Assembly (NCBI GenBank): GCA_964016885.1
Contig: OZ024744.1
Coordinates: forward strand, 58,776,001-58,840,000
Direction: 5' to 3'
Length of the DNA: 64,000 nucleotides
From: Eledone cirrhosa
Lineage: Eukaryota
Shown here: piece after piece, positions 51,615-64,000 of the stretch
How the letters are laid out: each line of letters starts with the position of its first letter
Numbering within the stretch: the stretch's first letter is position 1
Notes under the pieces: generated by a model
Seen by the model: the letters and a program-made list of their open reading frames with translations, nothing else
Told to the model about the DNA's origin: nothing
Databases searched by the model: none
Made by a program: the position numbers and the translations under genes

Positions 51615-52157
51615 AGGTAGAGTTAGGGTTAGATTTTGAGTTAGGTCAGTGTTAGGATTAAAGTTAGTGTTGTGGTTAGGGTTATGGTCATGGTTAGGAT
51701 TAGAGTTAGGGATAAAGTTAGGGTTAGGGTTAGGGTTAGGGTTAGGGTTAGGATTAGAGTTAGGGATAAAGTTAGGGTTGTGGTTAGGGTTATGGTCATG
51801 GTTAGGATTAGAGTTAGGGATAAAGTTAGGGTTGTGGTTAGGGTTATGGTCATGGTTAGGATTAGAGTTAGGGATAAAGTTAGGGTTGTGGTTAGGGTTA
51901 TGGTCATGGTTAGGATTAGAGTTAGGGATAAAGTTAGGGTTGTGGTTAGGGTTATGGTCATGGTTAGGATTAGAGTTAGGGATAAAGTTAGGGTTGTGGT
52001 TAGGGTTATGGTCATGGTTAGGATTAGAGTTAGGGATAAAGTTAGGGTTAGGGTTAGGGTTATGGTCATGGTTAGGATTAGAGTTAGGGATAAAGTTAGG
52101 GTTGTGGTTAGGGTTATGGTCATGGTTAGGATTAGAGTTAGGGATAAAGTTAGGGTT
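51615..52157 (+). repeat. Interstitial telomere-like array; 54 bp higher-order unit of nine TTAGGG-derived hexamers
   Basis: Unit GTTAGG GTTGTG GTTAGG GTTATG GTCATG GTTAGG ATTAGA GTTAGG GATAAA; pure (TTAGGG)5 at ~51718-51747. Confidence 0.93.
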
Positions 52158-52452
52158 TGAGATACGGTTAGTTTTCAGGTTATGGCTAGAGTTAGAGTTC
52201 AAGGCCCCTCATAGGCTCATGTGTGTGTATATATGGGAGTGGGGGGTGGGTGTATGTGGATGTGGGTGTGGGTGGGTGTGTTTAAAAGGGAGAGAGTGAG
52301 TAAGTGAGTGTATGTGAGAGAGAGAGAGAGAGAGTAAGTGTGTGTCTGTGTGTGTGAGTGTAGCAGGCGAAATGAATCCAGTGGATGCAACGAGACCTTT
52401 TTATTTTCTCATTTTGAGCTCTAAAGTCAATGATATAGTTCTATTAAAAATG

Positions 52453-52676
52453 CAGTTAGACTGACTGTTTAGCCAGTTAGACTGACTGTTTAGCCAGTTA
52501 GACTGACTGTTTAGCCAGTTAGACTGACTGTTTAGCCAGTTAGACTGACTGTTTAGCCAGTTAGACTGACTGTTTAGCCAGTTAGACTGACTGTTTAGCC
52601 AGTTAGACTGACTGTTTAGCCAGTTAGACTGACTGTTTAGCCAGTTAGACTGACTGTTTAGCCAGTTAGACTGACT
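52453..52676. repeat. 21 bp perfect minisatellite (~10.7 units)
   Basis: CAGTTAGACTGACTGTTTAGC repeated. Confidence 0.97.
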
Positions 52677-52918
52677 AAATATTGAATCCCCAAACATGAC
52701 AGAACAAAAATAAAACAGAAAAATATAGACGTTACATCGTTTTGGGTTTGTGTTCCAGGGGAGGCAATCAGAATTTATGGATTTCATTTTCAACTGATTC
52801 TTGCGGTACTATTTATAGAAACACGAGTACACACCCACTCTCTCTCTCCTCTGTTTATTACACTTTAGATTATTTCTTCATATATCTTAACAAATTTACA
52901 TGCACATGCATAAATATA

Positions 52919-52974
<56 letters not shown>

Positions 52975-52976
<2 letters not shown>

Positions 52977-53205
52977 GGAGGTGAGTTTTATTGTAGTACA
53001 ATAAAGCAATGCAGATATCGGATAAGAAGCACTCTACAGTTTGTAGGACTGGAGTAAAACTGCACTATCCACAAGTGTTTTTTAGCCTTCATATCATGTT
53101 CTCCTGTTTTATCTGATGAAAACACAAATATTATTGCATGATGATGTTTGTTTTTGAAATGCGCATAATAAAATACATGGAACTCCTTTAACCATCTTTT
53201 GATCT
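52975..53205 (+). mobile_element. Probable solo PLE pLTR / retrozyme-like unit in (TA)n
   Basis: ~230 bp island between TA tracts carrying a hammerhead, an AATAAA overlapping stem I and a GGTGAG donor-like motif. Confidence 0.6.
53105..53175 (+). ncRNA. Type I hammerhead ribozyme with intact consensus
   Basis: TGTTTTAT-CTGATGA-[AAACACAAATATTATTG CA TGATGATGTTTGTTTTT]-GAA-ATGCGCAT-A-ATAAAATA: 8 bp stem I, long stem II, palindromic stem III, AUA site. Confidence 0.82.
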
Positions 53206-53341
53206 TATATTATATATATATATATATAGAAACGGAAAAAATGAAACAAAATTTCATTTCTCACTCTTAGTACAGCTGTATATGCACACATATATCTATA
53301 TATATATGTATACACACATATATATATATACACACATATAT

Positions 53342-53388
<47 letters not shown>

Positions 53389-53406
53389 TATACACACACA
53401 CACACG

Positions 53407-53453
<47 letters not shown>

Positions 53454-53547
53454 ACACACACACACACATATATAACTTATATACATATCCTGGACAGGTG
53501 GAGTAGGGTAAGAACTACTTAACTCAGAACTATGAGTCATACAGCTA

Positions 53548-55268
53548 CTCTTGGGTCCCAAATAATATGGGCGAGAGGGGAATAAGTGGGGAGAGCAGAA
53601 TATAGGGGGTGGAAAATTGGTAATTTTTCTAGGTTGTCTGTTTATTTAAAAACAAAAAACAGAATTAGTCATTTAGTTTACATATTGAGACCCCAAACCA
53701 TCCTATTTATTTTATAACATATGAGATTTGTTATAGTAATGTACTTTTTTGTCATATATAATGTTTTTATTAAGGTGTAACCGCCAATATAATATCACAA
53801 ATAGAAAGAGGAAAAAAAAAAAAGAGAAAGAAAAAAAGAAAGAGAAAAATAAGGAAAAAACACACAAGCAGGGCCACATACAACAAAAGGCAGGGGGAAG
53901 GGGTTGATAAACGAACCACTACCAGAGCAAAATATAACAATATCACAAGGAAAACTGGGAAACCTCTCTAATAATTTTTTAGGCAAGCCAGCACACTCGC
54001 GGTGTTAGCTTGGGTGATGGCAAGGCTGGAACAACCAAGCGCCCTCACAGGCTTTACCTCTGTTAGGCGAGCCACCAGTGTAAATAGGAATCTCGCAGTC
54101 AGTAGCCCGACTCCCCCAAATGTCTCAAAAGCTACAGGCTGGAAAATGTAATTAGCCAACAAATCACAGTATTTTAGGATTTTGTTCCATTTGGCTGAGG
54201 AAGCTGTAGCTCTCACCCTATCTTCTGCATCTAGGATGTGGGAAGAAGCAAAAGAGTCACTAACTGTGACGTCCCAGACAAGGCATCAGCCTCTCGACCA
54301 AGGGCACAGGGTAAGGCTGTCAGGTCTTTCCCATCAATTCTGGACAACCCAGACAGTTCCAAAATTGAGGTGATGTTTGCCCAGGCCAAAGCTCTCTTGA
54401 TGATGAGGTTTAGCGCATCATCAAGAGAGCTTTGTGAAGCGACCGGCATTCAGGTGGCAAGATAGGATGTCAACGTCTGTGGAGTCAAGGATTTTGCCAT
54501 ACTGACATTTCAAACCTGTAGAGACGTCGGTTCCCACTCTGAGAGCAATGGAGACACAAAGCTCATCCAAGGTGAGTAGGCCACCAACATTAGCCATGGG
54601 TAAGGCATCAATCAACCCAGTCGCCTGAGTATTTGGTGCTAGCAGACTGTAAGCAGTACCTTGAAAACTGATCCAACCAACTGGTCAAAGGTGGCCTTCA
54701 AATGTATGTTGTCCCAAACTCTCTCACTCCATTTGTCCTCCACCTTGTCAGAAAGAGACAACCCCAACTCACACCATCGCAGAAGAGCTTCATCCAACTC
54801 CATGTTGGAGAGGATGTTGCTCACCATGATGGAGCAAGCATAGGTGGAGGAAAGGAAGCAGAGGAGAGAGAGAGAGAGGGATGAACATTTACGAAGACCA
54901 AGACCAGTAAATCACTTGGGCAGGGCAGCCTGATCACAGGACTCTGGAGAGAGTCTGACATTGACAAGCAGTTGCAATTCTCAAAGATTAGGTCGTAAAA
55001 GCATTGGAGACATGACAAAAATCTGTGAAATGCATTGTCCCTGAGCATATATAGAAGCTTAGGAATCGAAAGGTAATTTTTGAGTATGAAAACCTTGATG
55101 GGGTTCGATTGCCTCAATGTCTAAAGAAAATTGGTAGTTGCAGGAATGCTACCACTTAAAATAAAATTTTGCCAGAGATAGATTAGCAAAATTTGATAAG
55201 TGGGAGTTGAAAAAAATCTGAAAATTAATAAACAGGATGCGGGGAGCGCATTATCCGAGACCCAAGAG
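53548..55268. mobile_element. Second copy of the TA-flanked TIR element, interrupted by a CRE-like insertion
   Basis: TA|CTCTTGGGTC ... GACCCAAGAG|TA; internal sequence collinear with 10270-10613 on both sides of the insert. Confidence 0.85.
53780..55117 (-). mobile_element. CRE-like RLE retrotransposon 3' part
   Basis: ILKNYLSIPKLLYMLR, SIALRVG, LNLIIKRALA, SGLSRIDGK, WDVT, IFQPVAFETFGG. Confidence 0.8.
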
Positions 55269-56049
55269 TATATCACACTATTCTCCACTCAGAACTGTGA
55301 GTCTTACTCAATAACAGCTACACATGTGTAACTGTCTTCGATAAAGGAATAGACAAGGCAGTAGCTTGAAATTACTGGTCCCTGGCCACATCACCTCCCA
55401 TCTCAAAGGTTGTGTGTTCTAATTATATCAACAGATTTACCAATCTAAGTCACAATATTTATTTTTTTATTTCATTTTATTTTATTTTATTTTATTTTAT
55501 TTTATTTTGAGCATCCTAACCCTAACCAGCTTTGGTTCTATGCAACAAAATCAATCATTTTAGAAGGTTCTTATTTAAATTAAAAGACTTTCATCAGTGT
55601 ATATAAGATGTTTTGTTTTATTAGTTGACTTTTAAAAAGCATAAGCTTAGTTGAAGTCATCCTAAAAGCTGTTAGAAATTGAAGGAACAGATTATAGATT
55701 TTAAGGTATATTTTTATTTTCCTCTCCTAAGGGTGAGATTTATAATTTGAAAGGTAGAGACCATATATATTACAGAAAAGTTTTAGCATTCATTAACAGT
55801 TAGACCAGTCTTAATTGAAACAAAACTTTAGCAGATCTTTTCTTTCCAAGGTTGGTGATGAAACTGGCAACAACAAAGTTATTTAGCCAGCCTCATACAC
55901 TCAATGTCCTTCCAATCATTTGAAACTATTTTATTGTCACAATGCTTTCAAAAACTACTTTGAAACTCAGTAATATATATCCTTAAATTAAAATTTTCCA
56001 ATATAAATTTTATATATAAAACATGTTATATTACTATCTTAGTATCTGC

Positions 56050-56260
56050 CACTCTCTGATAAGTTTGTGGTCAAGCCTGTGGCAGTGGAGATTTCCGGCA
56101 TTCTTGGCACCCCCAGACCATATCCCTATCCACTACTATCAGGGCAGAGCTGGCTACAAGTAAATGGTGAGCCCCGTGAATTAGAATGGGTGTTCCAATA
56201 TGTCTCCCTTGTCATCTTCTAGGGTAATGTCTTCTCCATCCTGTCCATCGAGACCACAAT
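56050..56260 (+). mobile_element. CRE-like 3' fragment
   Basis: FVVKPVAVEISGILG...RELEWVFQYVSLVIF*GNVFSIL. Confidence 0.68.
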
Positions 56261-57669
56261 GCAGTGATTTATATCAATATAAGATCTGAGTTTTTATTAT
56301 TTTCACTTAACCACCACCACTATCAATCAATGATAACCTAGAGAAAATCATATTAGTTTTAATTAAACAGTCACACAAAATGCCACATTAAAAGATTTTA
56401 GTAAACCTCTCAAAATTCTTCAATCATTAATTGAAATAGAGTGTATTTTATTAGAAATATGGTCATGAACGGGTTTTATATTTTTTCTTTACTAATCAGT
56501 TTTTATAGTTCATTTAAATTATGTGAAGGCACAAGCATTTGTGGGTAGGGTATACAGCTTACAAAGTCAATTCCTGGTGGTGCTCAGTGTTCCTGAGTAA
56601 GACACTTTATTTCATATTACTCCAGTCTACCCAGCCATCAAAAATTAGTTGTACCTGCAATTTCAAAGGACCAGCCTTATCACACACACACACATTCACA
56701 CACACACACTATATCATGCTGAATCTCCCAGAGAAGAACTACATTATGAGTCTGAGGAATACTCAGTTACTGGCATGTAAATTTCACCAGTAGGTTGTCC
56801 TGTTGAACAAACAATTGGACCGATGCAGTTCTCATAGTTGTAATCAGGAATTGACAGCAGTCCAACAACAACAAACAAACAAATAAACAAACAAACACAA
56901 AGAAAATAATAGAAATTATTGTATTGGTTTTGCAAGAACAAACAGTATAATCAGTAGGCTACTGATGACTTGTATTGACATTTTTACCAGTATGGGATTA
57001 TAGGTTAATAACAGACAGCTAAGACTTGACATTGTCATTGAATATATAAAGCTGTAATTAACTTGCTTGTTTGTTGGATTTCTTTTTTTTTCCTTTTTTT
57101 TTTCTTGTTTCTATGTTTTTATGTGCTTGTTTTTTTATTTTTAATGGCTTAGTCAGAAGGAGGTAGGCCACAGCACTCACAGCCCTTCTCATGTAGGAGA
57201 ACGGTAAAGCGGGATCATCCAAAAAAACATGCAGGGTGGAAGGGAGGAGAAATTTATTCACAGACTGGAGGCCCTTCTTGTTTTGTTTTATATTGCTTTC
57301 CTTTTACCAAGGGAGGGTTGGACAGTACTCACAACCCTTTTCAAGCCTACCCCAATCCAAGAAGCTAGTGGAGTGTGGATGGAGGTAGAGAACGGTATCC
57401 ATAGACTGGAGACCCTTTTTTTTTTTTGTTTTACCATTTAGCCAGTGAGGGCAATACAGTCAGCACAACTGTTTCCAAGGCTTTCCCACTCCCAACCTAG
57501 TGGTATACAGGACAATAGGCCATCAACTGAATGTTTGAAATCAGGTGAACTATGAAGTTAAACAGTCAAGAGGTAGGTGTTGCAGTAAATCCAGATGATA
57601 GGTTAAGTTTAGTCTACAACTGTCAGCAGTTTCCATCTACAAAAATGTTATTCGCAAGGCTTTACTTGA

Positions 57670-58350
57670 ATCATCATCATCATCGTCATCACCATAACCA
57701 TTGCCACACCCACTACCATCACCACCACCATCACCATCACCATCACCATCATCATCATCATCATCATTGTTTTTACGTCTGTTTTTCTATGCTTGCATGG
57801 GTTGGATGGGTACTTCTCAGCACAGCATCTCTCCACTTGTCGCATTCCTTCGTCATCACCGCTGTGAGTCTCAGTGATTTGAGAACAGCTCTCACCCCCT
57901 CTGCCCAGGTCTTCCTTGGTATATCTTAACTGCGGCTTCCCTCCACTGGCATTTCCTGGCACTTCATCCCTCCACTGGCATTTCTTCACCCAATGCAGTC
58001 TTCTCTCTTGCACACCACTTCAGGTTCCTCTTAACCCATTAACATTTGCATACTCTATGTATACTATTGTATTTTCACAGTAAACCCTTTATTTCACATA
58101 ATTATTTCACATAATATTGAATCTATGAGATTTTGATATTATTTATTTTTAGGACAATACCTTAACATAAATATGATCAGCCAGTTATAGCCGGTTTGAA
58201 CAGAAAATGGTGAGAAAATTTGGAGAATACAGCCAGTTTAAATGCTAAAGGGTTAAACCCAGCTTCTCTCTCAGTTCATCCAAGCTCTGCCTCTCTCTCA
58301 CACTTACATTGCACATCCAACAAAGCATAGTTGCTTCATTTCTCTCCAGC
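57670..58350 (-). mobile_element. RTE-clade LINE 3' end with (GAT)n-derived tail
   Basis: Homologous to 49680-50063 (QERRLHW...KTDVKTMMM). Confidence 0.82.
58035..58252. mobile_element. piggyBac-type MITE nested in RTE
   Basis: TTAA duplicated at 58031-58034 and 58253-58256; homologous to 19904-20124. Confidence 0.88.
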
Positions 58351-58556
58351 ATTATAATAAAAGATACTTGCCTAAGGTGTCACACTTAGAATCAACACAT
58401 TAAAAACATTAACACCAATTGTAGCTTTGTAATGTTATATAAATAAAAACTAAAGTTCATTAAATTTAACCCAGTGAAATAAATACGCCATATGATCCAA
58501 TAGAGCTGCAAACGAAACAAATTTAAATACCCTAGATTGGGACTCTCATGCACACA

Positions 58557-59560
58557 TTACCATGGAGCAGTGGTGTGTTACCATGGAGCAGCAGTGTGTT
58601 ACCATGGAGCAGTAGTGTGTTACCATGGAGCAGCAGTGTGTTACCATGGAGCAGTGGTGTGTTACCATGGAGCAGCAGTGTGTTACCATGGAGCAGTAGT
58701 GTGTTACCATGGAGCAGCAGTGTGTTACCATGGAGCAGTGGTGTGTTACCATGGAGCAGCAGTGTGTTACCATGGAGCAGTGGTATGTTACCATAGAGCA
58801 GTGGTATGTTACCATGGAGCAGTGGTATGTTACCATGGAGCAGCAGTGTGTTACCATGGAGCAGTGGTGTGTTACCATGGAGCAGCAGTATGTTACCATG
58901 GAACAGTGGTGTGTTACCATGGAGCAGCAGTGTGTTACCATGGAGCAGCAGTGTGTTACCATGGAGCAGTGGTGTGTTACCATGGAGTAGTGGTGTGTTA
59001 CCATGGAGCAGCAGTGTGTTACCATGGAGCAGCAGAGTTACCATGGAGCAGTGGTGTGTTACCGTGGAGCAGAGGTGTGTTACCATGGAGCAGCAGTGTG
59101 TTACCATGGAGCAGCAGTGTTACCATGGAGCAGAGGTGTGTTACTATGGAGCAGCAGTGTGTTACCATGAAGCAGCAGTGTTACCATGGAGCAGTGGTGT
59201 GTTACCATGGAGCAGTGATGTGCTACCATGGAGCAGCAGTGTGTTACCATGGAGCAGTGGTGTGTTACCATGGAGCAGTGGTGTGTTACCATGGAGCAGT
59301 AGTGTGTTACCATGGAGCAGCAGTGTGTTACCATGGAGAAGCAGTCTGTTACCATGGACCAGTAGTGTGTTACCATGGAGCAGTGGTGTGTTACCATGGA
59401 GCAGTGGTGTGTTACCGTGGAGCAGTAGTGTGTTACCGTGGAGCAGCAGTGTGTTACCATGGAGCAGTGGTGTTACCATGGAGCAGTATGTTACTATGGA
59501 GCAGTGGTGTGTTACTATGGAGCTGAGGGATACCATGAAATATTGTTTCCATGGAGCAGT
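58557..59560. repeat. 21 bp minisatellite (~46 units)
   Basis: TTACCATGGAGCAG[C/T][A/G]GTGTG, with shorter deletion variants toward the right. Confidence 0.97.
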
Positions 59561-60149
59561 GATGAATTTCCAATCATAGAATCAGGAAGGCATCATCATA
59601 AGGAAATTATTGATTTGTACCATTCCATCTAATACAAGTCGAAATCCAAAGCTTCTTTCTCCTACCCTTCCTCTCCCTGTCTTCCGCTCTCTTCTTCTTC
59701 TTCCTCTTCCTCACCCTTCTCCACTCCTCCAATTAATCCTCACCTTCCTACCCTATTCTTCCCTCTTCTACCATTTCTGCATCCTTTCTCTCATCTTTGA
59801 CATGGCAATTCCAACAGCCAAAATCCATTTCCATCACAGCTGCTCAAATCAACACCTACACTACTACAGCTACTACTATTACCCCTGCAATCAATACCAC
59901 CACCAACTCATACCTAAACCACAATGAGCAACTTCTACACTACTACTACAGCCGACCACTATAACAACCTCTGCAATCAGTATTACCACCACACCATACC
60001 TATACCACCACAAACACCAACATTAACAGCAACGCCACTTTTGCCACAACTACAACCACTGCAATCGATACCACCACCACCACCACGCCCAGCACTACCT
60101 CCACAACCAATACTACCACTACAATCAATACTACCATCACAACTAACAC

Positions 60150-63100
60150 TACAACGCAACCAACACTAGCACTACAACAAACACTACCACCACAACCAAC
60201 ACTACCACAACAACCAACACTACCACCACGACCAACAATACCACTGCAACCAACACTACCACTACAACCAACACTACCACTACAATCAATACTACCACCA
60301 CAACCAACACTACCACAACAACCAACACTACCACTGCAACCAACAATACCACTACAACCAACAATACCACTACAACCAACAGTACCACTAAAATCAACAC
60401 TATTACTACCACCAACACTACCACTACAACCAACACTACCACTACAACCAACACTACCACTACAACCAACACTACCACTACAACCAACACTACCACTACA
60501 ACCAACACTACCACCACAACCAACACTACCACTACAACCAACACTACCACAACAACCAACACTACCACTACAACCAACACTACCACTACAACCAACACTA
60601 CCACTACAACCAACACTACCACTACAACCAACACTACCACTGCAACCAACAATACCACTACAACCAACACTACCACTGCAACAACCAACAGTACCACTAA
60701 AATCAACACTACCACTACAACCAACACTACCACTACAACCAACACTACCACTACAACCAACACTACCACTACAACCAACACTACCACTACAACCAACACT
60801 ACCACTGCAACCAACAATACCACTACAAGCAACAATACCACTACAACCAACACTACCACTACAACCAACACTACCACTACAATCAACACTACCACTACAA
60901 CTGACAACACTACCACTACAACCAACACTACTACTGCAACCAACACTACCACTACAACCAACACTACCACTACAACCAACACTACCACTACAACCAACAC
61001 TACTACTGCAACCAACACTACCACTACAACCAACACTACCACTACAATCAACACTACCACTACAACCAACACGACCACTACAACCAACACTACCACTACA
61101 ATCAACACTACCATTACAACCAACACTACCACTACAACCAACACTACCACTACAACCAACACTACCACTACAACCAAGACTACCACCACAACCAACACTA
61201 CCACTACAACCAACACTACCACTACAACCAACACGACCACTACAACCAACACTACCACTACAATCAACACTACCATTACAACCAACACTACCACTACAAC
61301 CAACACTACCACTACAACCAACACTACCACTACAACCAAGACTACCACCACAACCAACACTACCACTACAACCAACACTACCACTACAACCAACACTACC
61401 ACCACAACCAACACTACCACTGCAACAAACAATACCACTAGAACCAACACTACCACTACAAACAACACTACCACTACAACCAACACTACCACTACAACCA
61501 ACACTACCACTACAACTGACAACACTACCACCACAACCAACACTACCACTACAACTGACAACACTACCACTACAACCAACACGACCACTACAACCAACAC
61601 TACCACTACAACCAACACTACCACCACAACCAACACTACCACTACAACTAACACTACCACTACAACCAACACTACCACCACAACCAACACTACCACTACA
61701 ACTGACAACACTACCACCACAACCAACACTACCACCACAACCAACACTACCACTACAACCAACACTACCACTACAACCAACACTACCACTGCAACCAACA
61801 CTACCACTACAACCAACACTACCACTGCAACCAACACTACCACTACAACCAACACTACCACTGCAACCAACAATACCACTACAATCAACACTACCACTAC
61901 AACCAACACTACTACTACAACCAACACTACCACTGCAACCAACACTACCACTACAATCAACACTACCACCACAACCAACACTACCACTACAACCAACACT
62001 ACCACTGCAACCAACACTTCCACCACAACCAACACTACCACTACAATCAACACTACCACCACAACCAACACTACCACTACAATCAACACTACCACTACAA
62101 CTGACAACACTACCACTACAACCAACACTACCACTACAACCAACACTACCACTACAACCAACACTACCACTACAACCAACACTACCACTACAACCAACAC
62201 TACCACTGCAACCAACAATACCACTACAACCAACACTACCACTGCAACAACCAACAGTACCACTAAAATCAACACTACCACTACAACCAACACTACCACT
62301 ACAACCAACACTACCACTACAACCAACACTACCACTACAACCAATACTACCACTGCAACCAACAATACCACTACAAGCAACACTACCACTACAACCAACA
62401 CTACCACTACAACCAACACTACCACTACAATCAACACTACCACTACAACTGACAACACTACCACTACAACCAACACTACTACTGCAACCAACACTACCAC
62501 TACAACCAACACTACCACTACAACCAACACTACCACTACAACCAACACTACTACTGCAACCAACACTACCACTACAACCAACACTACCACTACAATCAAC
62601 ACTACCACTACAACCAACACGACCACTACAATCAACACTACCATTACAACCAACACTACCACTACAACCAACACTACCACTACAACCAACACTACCACTA
62701 CAACCAAGACTACCACCACAACCAACACTACCACTACAACCAACACTACCACTACAACCAACACGACCACTACAACCAACACTACCACTACAATCAACAC
62801 TACCATTACAACCAACACTACCACTACAACCAACACTACCACTACAACCAACACTACCACTACAACCAACACTACCACTGCAACCAACACTACCACTACA
62901 ACCAACACTACCACTGCAACCAACACTACCACTACAACCAACACTACCACTGCAACCAACAATACCACTACAATCAACACTACCACTACAACCAACACTA
63001 CTACTACAACCAACACTACCACTGCAACCAACACTACCACTACAATCAACACTACCACCACAACCAACACTACCACTACAACCAACACTACCACTGCAAC

Positions 63101-64000
63101 CAACACTTCCACCACAACCAATACTACCACTACAATCAACACTACCACCACAACCAACACTACCACTACAATCAACACTACCACTACAACTGACAACACT
63201 ACCACTACAACCAACACTACCACTACAACCAACACTACCACTACAACCAACACTACCACTACAACCAACACTACCACTACAACCAACACTACCACTGCAA
63301 CCAACAATACCACTACAACCAACACTACCACTGCAACAACCAACAGTACCACTAAAATCAACACTACCACTACAACCAACACTACCACTACAACCAACAC
63401 TACCACTACAACCAACACTACCACTACAACCAACACTACCACTACAACCAACACTACCACTGCAACCAACAATACCACTACAAGCAACAATACCACTACA
63501 ACCAACACTACCACTACAACCAACACTACCACTACAATCAACACTACCACTACAACTGACAACACTACCACTACAACCAACACTACTACTGCAACCAACA
63601 CTACCACTACAACCAACACTACCACTACAACCAACACTACCACTACAACCAACACTACTACTGCAACCAACACTACCACTACAACCAACACTACCACTAC
63701 AATCAACACTACCACTACAACCAACACGACCACTACAACCAACACTACCACTACAATCAACACTACCATTACAACCAACACTACCACTACAACCAACACT
63801 ACCACTACAACCAACACTACCACTACAACCAAGACTACCACCACAACCAACACTACCACTACAACCAACACTACCACTACAACCAACACGACCACTACAA
63901 CCAATACTACCACTACAATCAACACTACCATTACAACCAACACTACCACTACAACCAACACTACCACTACAACCAACACTACCACTACAACCAAGACTAC
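60150..64000. repeat. 18 bp trinucleotide-derived satellite running off the window
   Basis: ACCACTACAACCAACACT repeated with 21 bp variants. Confidence 0.97.

Noticed and set aside
51600-52299. NP-rich and LG-rich ORFs; true telomere
   Set aside because: Hexamer repeat artefacts; the array is internal and degenerate.
55838-55890. Acceptor-like TTTTCTTTCCAAG followed by VGDETGNNKVI*
   Set aside because: Too short and unsupported by other exons.
56955-56995. CTGATGA as another hammerhead (also at 12126 and 55592)
   Set aside because: No correctly placed GAAA or flanking stems.
58532-59579. Overlapping repeat ORFs (YHGAVVC, LLHGNTP, SMVTHCC)
   Set aside because: Open in most frames because the 21 bp unit lacks stops; deletions break frame.
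60149-63994. 1281 aa poly-Val ORF
   Set aside because: Reverse translation of the 18 bp satellite; implausible composition.

Overview
Eukaryotic, repeat-dominated DNA; the SINE families and microsatellite load suggest an octopus or other coleoid cephalopod (inference). Almost all ORFs in the supplied track are transposon debris or repeat artefacts. The only host coding sequence I can support is absent from the track: a minus-strand terminal exon at 47530-47656 encoding the C-terminus of a PIH1D3/DNAAF6-like protein, whose upstream exons I could not find in the window. The rest is decayed Penelope-like elements, RTE, Tx1/L1, R4/Dong and CRE-like non-LTR retrotransposons, Helitrons, MITEs, many tRNA-derived SINEs and large tandem arrays (34 bp, 54 bp telomere-derived, two 21 bp, 18 bp). 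Most notable observations: (i) several hammerhead ribozyme motifs, one apparently intact (53105-53175), and a 6 kb satellite that starts just downstream of a decayed one; (ii) an (ATT)n-centred retroposon nest in which a SINE shares its 3' end with a Tx1-like LINE and a Dong-like element appears flanked by a ~112 bp target duplication; (iii) a twin-priming-type 5' inversion in an RTE element; (iv) two fold-back palindromes. No CRISPR array, rRNA or intact tRNA gene was seen. Family names come from motif recognition by eye, not database searches, and many boundaries are approximate.
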